Part shown: positions 11,413 through 21,164 of the stretch, piece by piece | Numbering within the stretch: the stretch's first letter is position 1 | Layout of the letters: each line of letters begins with the position of its first letter | DNA from: an uncultured Candidatus Saccharibacteria bacterium | GTDB taxonomy: Bacteria; Patescibacteriota; Minisyncoccia; Ryanbacterales; GWA2-47-10b | NCBI GenBank assembly: GCA_964356915.1 | Contig: CAYHJF010000001.1 | Location: 4,664-68,663 of the forward strand | Length of the DNA stretch: 64,000 nt | Direction of reading: 5' to 3' | Program-made: the position numbers and the translations under genes | The notes under the pieces: model-generated | The model's database searches: none | What the model was told of the DNA's origin: nothing | Seen by the model: the letters and a program-made list of their open reading frames with translations, nothing else

Positions 11413-11478
11413 GAAAAAACTCCGCACCCACTCTAGCGCATCAGACAAAAAATACAATCTAAGCGATCAAAATAAAAA

Positions 11479-11512
11479 AACAACCTCTATATTTTTAGAG
11501 GTTGTTTTTTGT
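11479..11512. terminator. bidirectional rho-independent terminator downstream of rplK
   Basis: AACAACCTCTA-loop-TAGAGGTTGTT hairpin flanked by A-run and T-run. Confidence 0.6.
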
Positions 11513-11528
11513 GATAATAATCTTGAGA

Positions 11529-11954
11529 TTATTCCTTTACCGTAATACCCATACTGCGAGCGGTTCCTGCAATAACCTTCTTTGCGGCATCCACATCATT
11601 TGCGTTGAGATCTACCATTTTTTTCTCAGCGATGTCAGTCAATTGTTTATCCGTGATCGAACCTACTTTTTCTTGAAGAGGTTTGCCGGATCCTTTTTCA
11701 ACGCCAGCCGCCTTACGAAGTAAGTCGGAGGCAGGAGCTGTTTTGAATACAAGTTCAAATGAGCGATCGATATAAATCGTAACTTCAACTGGCACGATCT
11801 CACCTTCACGTTCGCGCGTACCCTCATTAAAGCGCGAAACAAATTCACCTAAATTAAGTCCGTGAGGACCAAGGGCCGTACCCACCGGAGGCGCAGGAGT
11901 TGCCTTCCCTGCCGGGATTTGTAACTTTACTACTGTTTTTATCTGTTTTGCCAT
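11529..11954 (-). CDS. rplK: 50S ribosomal protein L11
   Basis: 141 aa, [32 protein letters not shown]. Confidence 0.95.
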   Translation of the reverse strand: MAKQIKTVVKLQIPAGKATPAPPVGTALGPHGLNLGEFVSRFNEGTREREGEIVPVEVTIYIDRSFELVFKTAPASDLLRKAAGVEKGSGKPLQEKVGSITDKQLTDIAEKKMVDLNANDVDAAKKVIAGTARSMGITVKE

Positions 11955-11957
11955 AAT

Positions 11958-12503
11958 TTAAATTTTTCGTGCCTGCACCGGATCAAGCTCAACGGGAGTC
12001 TCCCGGCCGAACAGCGATACCAGTACTTTAATCTTTCCGCGCTCTTCGTCAACCTCTTCTACCTTACCTTCCATTTCTTTAAATGGACCGTCGGTAATGC
12101 GTACTGCGTCTCCCTTTACTACATCAATCTTGTGGCGAGGCTCTTCTTCACCCATGCGCTTCAAGAGCATATCGACTTCTTCTTGTTCGAGTGGCAACGG
12201 AGTCGTACCCGCTCCAACGAAACCTGTAACGCGCGGCGTATTACGAACAACATACCATGAGTCATCTGTCACAATCATATCTATCAAAACATATCCAGGA
12301 TAAATCTTTTCCTCTATTGTCTTCCGCTTACCTGCTTTGATTTTAATACGCTTTTCGGTAGGAACGATAATACTAAAAATCTTATCTTCCATCCCCATAG
12401 ACTCTACGCGTTGCTTTAAATTACGCGCAACCGCATCTTCGTATCCAGAATACGTATGAACCGCATACCAATTACGCCCGTAATCTGATGTTTGCTTTGG
12501 CAT
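11958..12503 (-). CDS. nusG: transcription termination/antitermination factor NusG
   Basis: 181 aa with NGN and KOW regions (WYVVHTYSGYE-like start, KOW GDxVRITDGPF). Confidence 0.93.
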   Translation of the reverse strand: MPKQTSDYGRNWYAVHTYSGYEDAVARNLKQRVESMGMEDKIFSIIVPTEKRIKIKAGKRKTIEEKIYPGYVLIDMIVTDDSWYVVRNTPRVTGFVGAGTTPLPLEQEEVDMLLKRMGEEEPRHKIDVVKGDAVRITDGPFKEMEGKVEEVDEERGKIKVLVSLFGRETPVELDPVQARKI

Positions 12504-12507
12504 AAAT

Positions 12508-12693
12508 TTAAGAAATAATTTGGCTCAAAATAAAATTATATATAAAGTCGAAAAAACCTAACAGCAATGCGACTGCAAGCGAGATGATAATTACTACGAT
12601 CGTCAACTGCGTTGCTTGACGGCGAGTCGGCCAATTAACCTTTTTCATTTCTTGGCGTGTTTCGCGTAAATATGTCGTCACTCGAGAAATCAT
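12508..12693 (-). CDS. secE: preprotein translocase subunit SecE
   Basis: 61 aa with a single C-terminal TM helix. Sits immediately upstream of nusG in the canonical secE-nusG order. Confidence 0.8.
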   Translation of the reverse strand: MISRVTTYLRETRQEMKKVNWPTRRQATQLTIVVIIISLAVALLLGFFDFIYNFILSQIIS

Positions 12694-12737
12694 GAATATT
12701 GAATACTAATGCCTATAAATCAAAAACGATCATTTTT

Positions 12738-12756
12738 AAAAGGCCCCAAGGCCTTT
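12738..12756 (-). terminator. possible terminator hairpin downstream of the 12810 gene
   Basis: AAAGGCC-ccaa-GGCCTTT perfect hairpin. The minus-strand reading is followed by a weak T-rich tract. Confidence 0.35.
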
Positions 12757-12809
12757 AATGAACTTACTATACCAGTTCCTCAAAAAAATGCAAGGGGTTA
12801 TTCACACTC

Positions 12810-13319
12810 TCACAGACTCAAAGAACACTCCTCGCACCCTTTCATAAGACGGCGCGATGCAAGATATAATGATGACAAAAGCATAAAAAGAGCCCCCGTA
12901 ACAATGTACCAACGATACTGAACGAGAAACACCGCAACCCCAAACCCCAAAAAACTAAATAATGCGCCAACACAAAGTGCGCACGTAGCGGAAGCAAAAA
13001 GTGAAGATATAACCCCCGCCATTACTCCTGCACCCCCAAGAGCGACATCCTTTGCGCGTGTGCGATAAGACCCAATTTTCAAAACAAAAATTTTCATCTG
13101 AACCGCGACTGATAATGCGGCAACACCCGCAATCAAAATCATTGTCAGATAATCAGCGAGCGATAGAAGACTCGCCTGAAACTGGACATCATTTCCTGGT
13201 ACAAGATCTACCGGCAAGAAAAACATGAGCACAAAAAAAAGAACCCAAAAAGTTATTAAGAGAATTTTAAACTGCGTCTCTTTAAGCGTCACCTGTACAG
13301 CATCTCGAACAACTCGCAT
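12810..13319 (-). CDS. hypothetical polytopic membrane protein with C-terminal CxxC
   Basis: 169 aa with 4-5 hydrophobic helices, ending KGCEECSLSL. Confidence 0.55.
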   Translation of the reverse strand: MRVVRDAVQVTLKETQFKILLITFWVLFFVLMFFLPVDLVPGNDVQFQASLLSLADYLTMILIAGVAALSVAVQMKIFVLKIGSYRTRAKDVALGGAGVMAGVISSLFASATCALCVGALFSFLGFGVAVFLVQYRWYIVTGALFMLLSSLYLASRRLMKGCEECSLSL

Positions 13320-13322
13320 CGC

Positions 13323-15368
13323 TTAGATATCAAGATTCTTTACTAACTTGGCGTTTGTCTGGATAAAATTCTTGCGCGGTGCTACTTCTTCACCCATGAG
13401 AATATCAAAAATATGATCCGCTTCTTCAGCATCATCTACCGTCACTTTTCGCATCATGCGTCGGGCGGGATCCATCGTCGTCTCCCAAAGCTGGATCGGG
13501 TTCATTTCACCCAAACCCTTATATCGCTGAATTGTAATACCTTTTATCTTCTTATCACCCGTACTACGCTCCGCCCCCTCTTCTGGAGGTGTCTCTTCAG
13601 TCTCCTCTTCTGCTTCTTCTTCCTCTTCTTTCTTTTCCTTTAAATCCTCCTTTATTGTTTGAAGTTCTTTTATGATCCTCTCTTTCTCTTCGTCAGAATA
13701 TGCGTAGTGAAATACTCGTCCACGCTGAATCCGATAGAGCGGTGGCTGTGCGATATAAATATGTCCCGCATCAATGAGTGGCCGGAAATAACGAAAAAAA
13801 AGCGTAAGTAATAACGTACGAATGTGAGCACCGTCGACATCAGCATCCGTCATGATTACGACCTTATGATATCGAAGTCGCGCGATATCAAACTCATCGG
13901 CAATAGCCGTGCCAAGAGCAATAATAAGCGCACGAATTTCCTTGAACGCAAGCATCTTATCAAGCCGCGTACGCTCAACATTGAGAATTTTTCCTCGAAG
14001 TGGCAAAATCGCCTGCGTTCGACGATCGCGTGCTTGCTTTGCTGACCCACCTGCAGAATCACCCTCAACAATAAAGATCTCCGACTCTGAAGCATCCCTT
14101 GTCTGGCAATCAGCAAGCTTACCCGGCAATGTCATACCTTCCAAGGCACCTTTACGCAAAATCGTCTCTTTGGCAGCCTTTGCTGCGCGACGCGCTTTTG
14201 CCGCAAGTACTACTTTATCAAGAATTGCCTGCGCGTCTTGTGGATGCTCTTCAAGATACGCAACGAGCGCCTCACCACATACCTTTTCTACCGCGCCCTT
14301 TGCTTCAGGGTTACCAAGTTTTGATTTTGTCTGTCCTTCAAATTGCGTCTCTCGAAGCTTTACGGCGACAACAGCGGCAAGTCCTTCACGTACATCATCA
14401 CCCGTTAAATTATCTTCATCCTTTGCAAAGTATCCATTCTTGCGACCGTAATCGTTGAGCACGCGCGTAAGCGCGGTACGAAAACCCGTAATATGCGTAC
14501 CTCCTTCAATGGTATGAATCGTATTTGCAAATCCAAGTTCTCGTGACCCAAGATCATCAGTATATTGCAGAGCAATTTCTACAATAATATCTGCCTCTTC
14601 TTTGGATGTGTAAAAAATATTGTCATGCTTCGGCTGTAAGTGGCGTGTGATATGTCGTACGTATGACTTGATCCCCCCCTCGAAATAAAATCCATACGCT
14701 TTTTCTTCATCTTTTTTTCGTTCATCGAGAATCAAAATTTTTACCCCTGGGTTGAGGTATGCTTGCTGACGAATATGCTCGATGATTTTATGCCAATCAA
14801 ATTTTGTTTCCTTAAAAATCTCTGTATCCGGCTCAAATGTAATGGCGGTACCCGAGCCATCACATTTTCCTACTTTTTTCACCTGCGCCTTTGGCTTTCC
14901 TCGAGAATATTCCTGGGTATACAAAGATCCGTCTTTACATACTTCCGCTTTAAGCATTACTGAAAGCGCGTTGACCACGGAGACACCGACACCATGCAAT
15001 CCTCCTGCAACTTTGTACGCCTCTCCACCAAATTTCCCTCCTGCATGTAGTACGGTCAACACAGTCTCAAGTGTTGATTTTTTTGTCTGCGGATGAATTT
15101 CCACCGGAATACCGCGTCCATCATCGACAACGCGCACCTGATCATTTGGCAACAACGTAATACCAATATTCTTAGCGTACCCCGCCATGGCCTCATCAAT
15201 CGAGTTATCGACCACTTCCCACACCAAGTGATGGAGCCCGTCGGTGCCAGTCGAACCGATATACATACCGGGACGCTTTCGTACCGGCTCCAAACCCTCC
15301 AACACAAAAATATCCTTTGCGCCGTAGGATGAATCTTTCTTTGCTTTGTCTTCTTTTTCTTTAGCCAT
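13323..15368 (-). CDS. gyrB: DNA gyrase subunit B (type IIA topoisomerase ATPase subunit)
   Basis: Carries the GHKL ATPase, TOPRIM (EGDSAGGSAKQARDRRTQAILPLRGK) and PLRGKILNVE motifs. The likely start is MAKEKEDK at 15368 rather than the ORF-track 15398. Has a Glu-rich acidic insertion (KEKKEEEEEAEEETEETPPEEG) near the C-terminus. Confidence 0.9.
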   Translation of the reverse strand: MAKEKEDKAKKDSSYGAKDIFVLEGLEPVRKRPGMYIGSTGTDGLHHLVWEVVDNSIDEAMAGYAKNIGITLLPNDQVRVVDDGRGIPVEIHPQTKKSTLETVLTVLHAGGKFGGEAYKVAGGLHGVGVSVVNALSVMLKAEVCKDGSLYTQEYSRGKPKAQVKKVGKCDGSGTAITFEPDTEIFKETKFDWHKIIEHIRQQAYLNPGVKILILDERKKDEEKAYGFYFEGGIKSYVRHITRHLQPKHDNIFYTSKEEADIIVEIALQYTDDLGSRELGFANTIHTIEGGTHITGFRTALTRVLNDYGRKNGYFAKDEDNLTGDDVREGLAAVVAVKLRETQFEGQTKSKLGNPEAKGAVEKVCGEALVAYLEEHPQDAQAILDKVVLAAKARRAAKAAKETILRKGALEGMTLPGKLADCQTRDASESEIFIVEGDSAGGSAKQARDRRTQAILPLRGKILNVERTRLDKMLAFKEIRALIIALGTAIADEFDIARLRYHKVVIMTDADVDGAHIRTLLLTLFFRYFRPLIDAGHIYIAQPPLYRIQRGRVFHYAYSDEEKERIIKELQTIKEDLKEKKEEEEEAEEETEETPPEEGAERSTGDKKIKGITIQRYKGLGEMNPIQLWETTMDPARRMMRKVTVDDAEEADHIFDILMGEEVAPRKNFIQTNAKLVKNLDI

Positions 15369-15379
15369 GATATGTATAT

Positions 15380-17389
15380 TTAGGACCGAACTTCCCAACC
15401 CTCTTTTCGAAGCGCCGCGATAATATCTGCAACAAATCGTACCACCTCTTCGTCCGTCAGCGTACGGTCTTGAGACTGAAATATCAAATGAAATGCGAGG
15501 CTTTTTTTACCCGCTCCAATTGTATCCCCCTCATAGTAGTCGAAAAGGTCTGTATCGGCTAGGAACGCTCCGCCCGCCCCTTCTATAGTACTCGTAACAT
15601 CTTCTACTCGATCATTGGTCGAAACTAAAATCGCAAGGTCACGAACAACCATTGGATATTTTGGAATCTCCTGAAACGCGACTTCTTCCTCTACTACTAT
15701 ATCAACGATATCTAACGCAAGTTCGATAATAACTGCAGGAATTTTAAGCTCCGCATCCGGATGTACCTCATAGAGCACACCGAGTGTCTTATTATCTTTG
15801 CGAACAAAGACAGAACGATACGGATGTATAAGTTTTTTTTGAGAATATGGCCACTCGACAACATGATCTCCAATATCCTCAAAAAGAATATCTGTAACAC
15901 CAAGTGATTCAAGCACTGACTCTACCGTTCCTTTTGCTTCATAAAAAAGATCTGCTGTTTTTTTTGCCGTCGTAAGCACTACTCCCAACACAACTTTCTC
16001 CTCCGGACTCTTTTTTGCTTTTCGAAACACGTTACCTACCTCAAATAGTCGTAACTCCCGTTCGTACGGCAAATTTGTCGCTACGCTTTTTAAAAGTCCG
16101 CTCGAAATCGAAGCGCGCATATGCGTGAACTCGGTGGTAAGAGAATTTGCGAGCTCAAGATCTCCATCTTTCGCGGATGCAAAAGAATAATTTAAAACCT
16201 CATAAAAACCGTTAGACGCCAGAAAGCGCCCAACCTCATCAGCAACAGCGCGCCGTGAATGCTCGTGCGGGTGTACAAGCGGCGCATGCGGTGGTTTTGA
16301 CGTTATCCGTTCATACCCAAATATTCGCCCCACTTCTTCTATCAAATCTTCTTCCTGCACTAAATCTGTGCGCCATGACGGAGCGGTAACAAGAAATACT
16401 CCAACCTTTTTCTTACTGACACGACATCCCAAACGCTCAAGAATATCAGCCACCTCTTTTTCAGAGACACGAACACCGAGTAACCGCTCGAGATACTCAA
16501 CCCGAAGCGTGACCGTTGGTTGCTTGGAAGATTTTACAAGAGAAATATCAGAAAATCCTATCATCTTCCCACGAGCAATATCGCAGATAAGATCTCTCAA
16601 TCGAAGCGCGACGACATTAAGCTCGGCGTACGGCAACCCCTGAACAAACCTACTTGAAGCATCGGTCGTGATCCCAAGCTCACGAGATGTTTGACGAATT
16701 AAAATCGGATCAAAAACAGCAGTCTCGAGCACAACTTGTTTCGTATCTTTTGTCACCTCTGCGCGCGACCCCCCTTTAATCCCCGCGAGCGCGAGTGGAC
16801 CCTCGCCATCAGCAATAACTAGATGCTTCGGCATAAGAATGATAACTTGCCCATCTAACAACGTGATGCGCTCTCCTTTCTTTGCAAAACGTACTTCTAT
16901 TTTTTTACCTACGATCTTGTCGTAATCAAAAGCATGAACTGGATGACCAGATTCAAGTAGCACGTAATTGGTCGCGTCTACTATGTTGTTGATCGGACGC
17001 ATACCACACATCGTAAGTCGCTCACGAATAACCAGAGGAGAGTCTTTAACGCTCACCCCTTCTATATAGGAAGCAATATAGCGCGCCGTTCCTTTTGGAG
17101 CGACAGCGAGTGATAGTATATTCTTTGGTAATTTCATCCCCACCGTTCGATCAATCTTCGGCAACGTTAACGGTTTTTTTATAAGCACTGAAATTTCGCG
17201 CGCGACACCTATATGCCCCGCCGAGTCCGGCATACGATTTGGCAGTACATCAATATCAAGCACCCAATCATTACCAATCTTTTCAATCGACTCCACCTGA
17301 TATGAGTGCATCGTCAAAAGCTCCGCAAGTACTTCGGGCTTCGGAATATTTTTTACTAGACTAGAAAGCCAGCGATAAGAATATTTCAT
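15380..17389 (-). CDS. pheT: phenylalanine--tRNA ligase beta subunit
   Basis: 669 aa with PheT B3/4 and B5 domains. Confidence 0.93.
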   Translation of the reverse strand: MKYSYRWLSSLVKNIPKPEVLAELLTMHSYQVESIEKIGNDWVLDIDVLPNRMPDSAGHIGVAREISVLIKKPLTLPKIDRTVGMKLPKNILSLAVAPKGTARYIASYIEGVSVKDSPLVIRERLTMCGMRPINNIVDATNYVLLESGHPVHAFDYDKIVGKKIEVRFAKKGERITLLDGQVIILMPKHLVIADGEGPLALAGIKGGSRAEVTKDTKQVVLETAVFDPILIRQTSRELGITTDASSRFVQGLPYAELNVVALRLRDLICDIARGKMIGFSDISLVKSSKQPTVTLRVEYLERLLGVRVSEKEVADILERLGCRVSKKKVGVFLVTAPSWRTDLVQEEDLIEEVGRIFGYERITSKPPHAPLVHPHEHSRRAVADEVGRFLASNGFYEVLNYSFASAKDGDLELANSLTTEFTHMRASISSGLLKSVATNLPYERELRLFEVGNVFRKAKKSPEEKVVLGVVLTTAKKTADLFYEAKGTVESVLESLGVTDILFEDIGDHVVEWPYSQKKLIHPYRSVFVRKDNKTLGVLYEVHPDAELKIPAVIIELALDIVDIVVEEEVAFQEIPKYPMVVRDLAILVSTNDRVEDVTSTIEGAGGAFLADTDLFDYYEGDTIGAGKKSLAFHLIFQSQDRTLTDEEVVRFVADIIAALRKEGWEVRS

Positions 17390-17393
17390 ATAA

Positions 17394-18428
17394 TTAAAAC
17401 TGTCCTAAAAATCGAATATCGTTTTGCCGAAACATTCTCACGTCAGGAATTTTATATTTCATCATAGCGATACGATCAAGCCCCATGCCGAACGCAAATC
17501 CCTGCCACTCGCCCTTGGCATAGCCTGCGGATGCAAATACGTTTTGATGCACCATACCCGCGCCACCAAGCTCAAGCCATCCTGACTGCTTGCAAACCGA
17601 GCATCCCTTGCCTTTGCAATTTACGCAGGTGATATCAAACTCAAAGCTCGGCTCGGTAAACGGAAAAAAACTTGGACGAAGACGAATAAAAACTTTCGTG
17701 CTAAAAATCTTTGAAAAAAATATTTCGAGAATATCTTTAAGATTTGCCACCGAAACATCCTTACCAACCATTAACCCCTCCAACTGCCAAAACTCAACAT
17801 CATGAGATGCATCCGTTGATTCGTTCCGAAATACTTTGCCCGGCACGATAATCCGAAATGGCGGCTCATGAGTTTCCATGTAGCGCACCTGCACCGAACT
17901 CGTATGCGTACGCGGTAAATACTTCTCCCCTAATCCTTGTTCTGTGAGCCAAAATGTATCTTGCATATCGCGCGCAGGATGCTCTTTGGGCACATTTAAT
18001 GCATCGAAATTATAATATTCCGTATCAACCTCTGGCCCTTCAGCAACCTCAAACCCAAGCGATTGGAACATCCTCTCGACACGCATTCGAAGCTGAGTAA
18101 GTGGATGAAGATGACCTTCTTCACGTCGAATACTTGGGAACGACGTATCAATTTTCTCTTGTTCAAGATCGATGAGACGCTTCTTCCGTACAATTTCTGC
18201 CTTCTTTTCGGAAAATACCTTTTCCAAATCATGACGCAATGCATTTGCCTCTGCCCCAAGTGATTTACGCGCATCCTCCTTCATTGCCGCGAGAGAACGC
18301 AATACTTCAGTCAAGACTCCTTGCTTACGACCAAAAACTGTTAACTCAAGAGCCTCAAGATCACCGAGAGTTTGCACCTCTCTAAGCATTCGGAGAGCTT
18401 CTTTTCGTATCTCCTCAAGAGATTTCAT
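17394..18428 (-). CDS. pheS: phenylalanine--tRNA ligase alpha subunit
   Basis: Class II aaRS motifs (FRNE..., GLDRIAMM). The likely start is MKSLEEIRK at 18428. Confidence 0.93.
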   Translation of the reverse strand: MKSLEEIRKEALRMLREVQTLGDLEALELTVFGRKQGVLTEVLRSLAAMKEDARKSLGAEANALRHDLEKVFSEKKAEIVRKKRLIDLEQEKIDTSFPSIRREEGHLHPLTQLRMRVERMFQSLGFEVAEGPEVDTEYYNFDALNVPKEHPARDMQDTFWLTEQGLGEKYLPRTHTSSVQVRYMETHEPPFRIIVPGKVFRNESTDASHDVEFWQLEGLMVGKDVSVANLKDILEIFFSKIFSTKVFIRLRPSFFPFTEPSFEFDITCVNCKGKGCSVCKQSGWLELGGAGMVHQNVFASAGYAKGEWQGFAFGMGLDRIAMMKYKIPDVRMFRQNDIRFLGQF

Positions 18429-18548
18429 ATTCCTTATATAATAGCCGAAAAATACCCCTCTCTCAAGCAAAATACTATCCGCGTGATTCTCTCAACAATG
18501 GGGATAACACGCTTTTAATCACCAACACGCCTGCGATACAATATAGCT

Positions 18549-18815
18549 ATGAAACAAGTCTCTCTCGATGTTGTCACTTCGCCTGGGTGCACGCACTGCC
18601 ATGCGTTTCTTGAATATTGGAAAACTATCGCCAAAGATTGGCCCAATGTTACCCTACGCGATTTAAGCGTTACAACACCGGAAGGCCAAGAGCTTGTATC
18701 CAAGCATATGATTTTCTCCGCCCCTGGGATTATTCTCAATGGAGAAATTTTCGCGTCCGGCGGCGTCGATCAAAAACAATTCGTCGAAAAGCTGAAAGTC
18801 CTTTCAGCTGATTAA
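18549..18815 (+). CDS. thioredoxin/glutaredoxin-like small redox protein (CxxC)
   Basis: 88 aa with an SPGCTHCH CxxC active site close to the N-terminus. Confidence 0.7.
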   Translation: MKQVSLDVVTSPGCTHCHAFLEYWKTIAKDWPNVTLRDLSVTTPEGQELVSKHMIFSAPGIILNGEIFASGGVDQKQFVEKLKVLSAD

Positions 18816-18830
18816 TAGCTCTTTATTTTC

Positions 18831-19907
18831 ATGGATTCAAAAGAAAAAGTACCGTCATTTCTTATTTACGCGATCGTCGGTCTCATCGCTCTAATCGTTT
18901 TTGGTTTTCTCTACGTCTTTTTATTCGGCAAACAAACAGACACGGCAGTCGGATGGTACGTCTTTTCATACGCGATGGGCCTCACAATGATCGTACTTCC
19001 GTGCACACTTCCTCTTGCATTCGTTATCGTGCCACTCTCTATGGGCAAAGGACCAATCAAAGGTATCGGCATCGCGCTATGCTTTGGACTTGGAGTTGCC
19101 CTCATGCTTTCAATGTACGGTGTTCTGGCTGCAATTGTCGGTAAGGCAACGGTCGGACAACTCAATACTCCACTCGAGACTGTAAAAAATTGGGTTTACT
19201 TTGTCGCTGGTATTTTTGCGTATATCTTTGCGCTTGGAGAAATCGGACTCGTAAATTTTCGTATGCCAAGCTATACGGGAGCAGCGCCCGCATTCATCCA
19301 AAAACAACAAGACTACATCAAGGCATTTTTACTTGGAATTTTTCTCGGCAACATCGGCGTCGGATGCCCCCATCCTGCAACTCCACTCATTCTCATTGAG
19401 ATCGCAACTTCTCAAAATATTTTCTACGGTTGGTCGCTCTTCTTAGTCCATGCGATTGGTCGCATTCTCCCTCTCATCCTTCTTGCCTTCCTTGGCATTC
19501 TCGGAGTCAACGCTCTCTCTTGGCTTGTTGCTCGTAAGGAAAAACTTGAACGCGCAACTGGCTGGACAATGGTATTTGTCGCAGGCTTCATTCTGACACT
19601 CGGGCTCTTTACTCATGCATGGTGGGTCAACTCTGGACAACACACCCTCTTTGAACAAATCACTGGCGAAGAATTCTTATTAGGAAAAGTAATCGCTCGA
19701 TTTGGCTTTGGAGGACAGCCTCATTCCCATGGCCCCGAGATGGGTCAGGGACTCCTTGGTCTTCCCTTAGCCTGGGGCAACTGGGTGCTCGTCATTCTTT
19801 GGCTCATACCTGTCTGGTGGGCATATTTCAAAAAAAAGGATGAGGTTTCTGCTCCATCCTCACAATCTCAAGGTCCTATAACAGAATCTAACCAAACAAT
19901 AAAGTAA
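18831..19907 (+). CDS. CcdA/DsbD-family transmembrane thiol-disulfide electron transporter-like protein
   Basis: 358 aa, polytopic. Has two intramembrane Cys motifs (VLPCTLPLAF and GVGCPHPATP) resembling the paired DsbD-beta/CcdA cysteines. Sits between the thioredoxin and the multicopper oxidase. Confidence 0.6.
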   Translation: MDSKEKVPSFLIYAIVGLIALIVFGFLYVFLFGKQTDTAVGWYVFSYAMGLTMIVLPCTLPLAFVIVPLSMGKGPIKGIGIALCFGLGVALMLSMYGVLAAIVGKATVGQLNTPLETVKNWVYFVAGIFAYIFALGEIGLVNFRMPSYTGAAPAFIQKQQDYIKAFLLGIFLGNIGVGCPHPATPLILIEIATSQNIFYGWSLFLVHAIGRILPLILLAFLGILGVNALSWLVARKEKLERATGWTMVFVAGFILTLGLFTHAWWVNSGQHTLFEQITGEEFLLGKVIARFGFGGQPHSHGPEMGQGLLGLPLAWGNWVLVILWLIPVWWAYFKKKDEVSAPSSQSQGPITESNQTIK

Positions 19908-21100
19908 TGAACGATCTTATCTGGCGATTTCGCTTCAATATTCTTCTGACAATATTTTTAGTTACAACCTTCGTATATTATCTCCCTATGAGATTCTTAT
20001 ACCTCAACTTAGTAACACCCCATCATGGAGCAACGGCTACCTCGAACAATTCTATGGGCTCCATGATGATGCCAACTGCTAGTGACATCGCAAAACTTCC
20101 CCTCAAAACTCGCACTGGGGAGATTTCTGATGCTCCATTTATCATTTCACCCGATGGAGTAAAAGAATTTCGTCTCACCGCGCAAGAATTTCGTTGGGAA
20201 TATCAACCTGGCAAATTTATTCATGCATGGGGCTACAACGGTATGGTTCCTGGTCCAACCATTCGCGCAACTGAAGGAGAAAAAGTGCGTGTCATAGTAA
20301 AAAATGAGCTAAACGTTGATACCTCCGTTCATTGGCACGGCGTAGACGTACCATGGCAGCAAGATGGAGTGCCATATCTCACACAAGCTCCGATTAAACC
20401 CGGACAAGAATTTACATATGAGTTTAACGCACTCCCAAGCGGCACTCGTTTCTATCACTCACATGGCGCAGATCACACAACCGCCGCGCAACAAATGGAC
20501 ATGGGACTTTCAGGAGCGTTTATCATAGCGCCAAAAGATAAAGAAGACTTCCCAGCCTTCGATAAAGAATATACGCTCGTACTCGATGAATGGAACGTAC
20601 TTGCTGGCGGGATAAATTCAGCGATCGGCCATGTACATGGCGCGGGAACCATGGGAGCTGTGCCTGACTACAATCTCTTTACTATCAATGGACATGCCTT
20701 CCCCGCGACCGAACCCGTCATGGTCAAAAAAGGAGAAAAAATTCTCATTCGATTTATTAACGCAGGTACGGCTGCATACCATCCAATGCATATGCACGGA
20801 CATAACTTTACTGTTGTTGCGAAGGATGGAAACTTAATTCCTAAAGTCGCTCGCGAAACACGTAATACCATCACCATCCAACCCGGAGAAACAGTTGATA
20901 TATTAGTTGATGCAAATAATCCAGGTCCATGGATGCTCCACTGTCATCACGTGCACCACGCGACTGCTGGCATGACAACACTCTTCCAATACGAAGGTTA
21001 TGAACCTCTTATGCCTGAACCCCCGATGCCAGATATGAGCGCAATGATGATGCCTGCGGGTCAAATGGACATGACAGAGTCGATGCCCCACACTCACTAA
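19907..21100 (+). CDS. two-domain multicopper oxidase (laccase/CueO-like) with Met/His-rich termini
   Basis: Four copper-site motifs: HWHG, HSHG, HPMHMHGH and HCHHVHHATAGM. Has an N-terminal signal-anchor helix and Met-rich N- and C-terminal segments (MGSMMMP; MPEPPMPDMSAMMMPAGQMDMTESMPHTH). Confidence 0.9.
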   Translation: MNDLIWRFRFNILLTIFLVTTFVYYLPMRFLYLNLVTPHHGATATSNNSMGSMMMPTASDIAKLPLKTRTGEISDAPFIISPDGVKEFRLTAQEFRWEYQPGKFIHAWGYNGMVPGPTIRATEGEKVRVIVKNELNVDTSVHWHGVDVPWQQDGVPYLTQAPIKPGQEFTYEFNALPSGTRFYHSHGADHTTAAQQMDMGLSGAFIIAPKDKEDFPAFDKEYTLVLDEWNVLAGGINSAIGHVHGAGTMGAVPDYNLFTINGHAFPATEPVMVKKGEKILIRFINAGTAAYHPMHMHGHNFTVVAKDGNLIPKVARETRNTITIQPGETVDILVDANNPGPWMLHCHHVHHATAGMTTLFQYEGYEPLMPEPPMPDMSAMMMPAGQMDMTESMPHTH

Positions 21101-21116
21101 CAAGATAAGATAAAAG

Positions 21117-21139
21117 AAACGCCTTCGGGCGTTTTTTTA
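21117..21139 (+). terminator. rho-independent terminator after the multicopper oxidase gene
   Basis: AACGCC-ttcg-GGCGTT hairpin followed by TTTTTTT. Confidence 0.7.
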
Positions 21140-21164
21140 TTTACTAACATGTTCCGATACCACC

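Noticed and set aside
18429-18548. T-box riboswitch upstream of pheS
   Set aside because: The leader is only about 120 nt and lacks the conserved T-box (AATTAGGGTGGNACCGCG) sequence.
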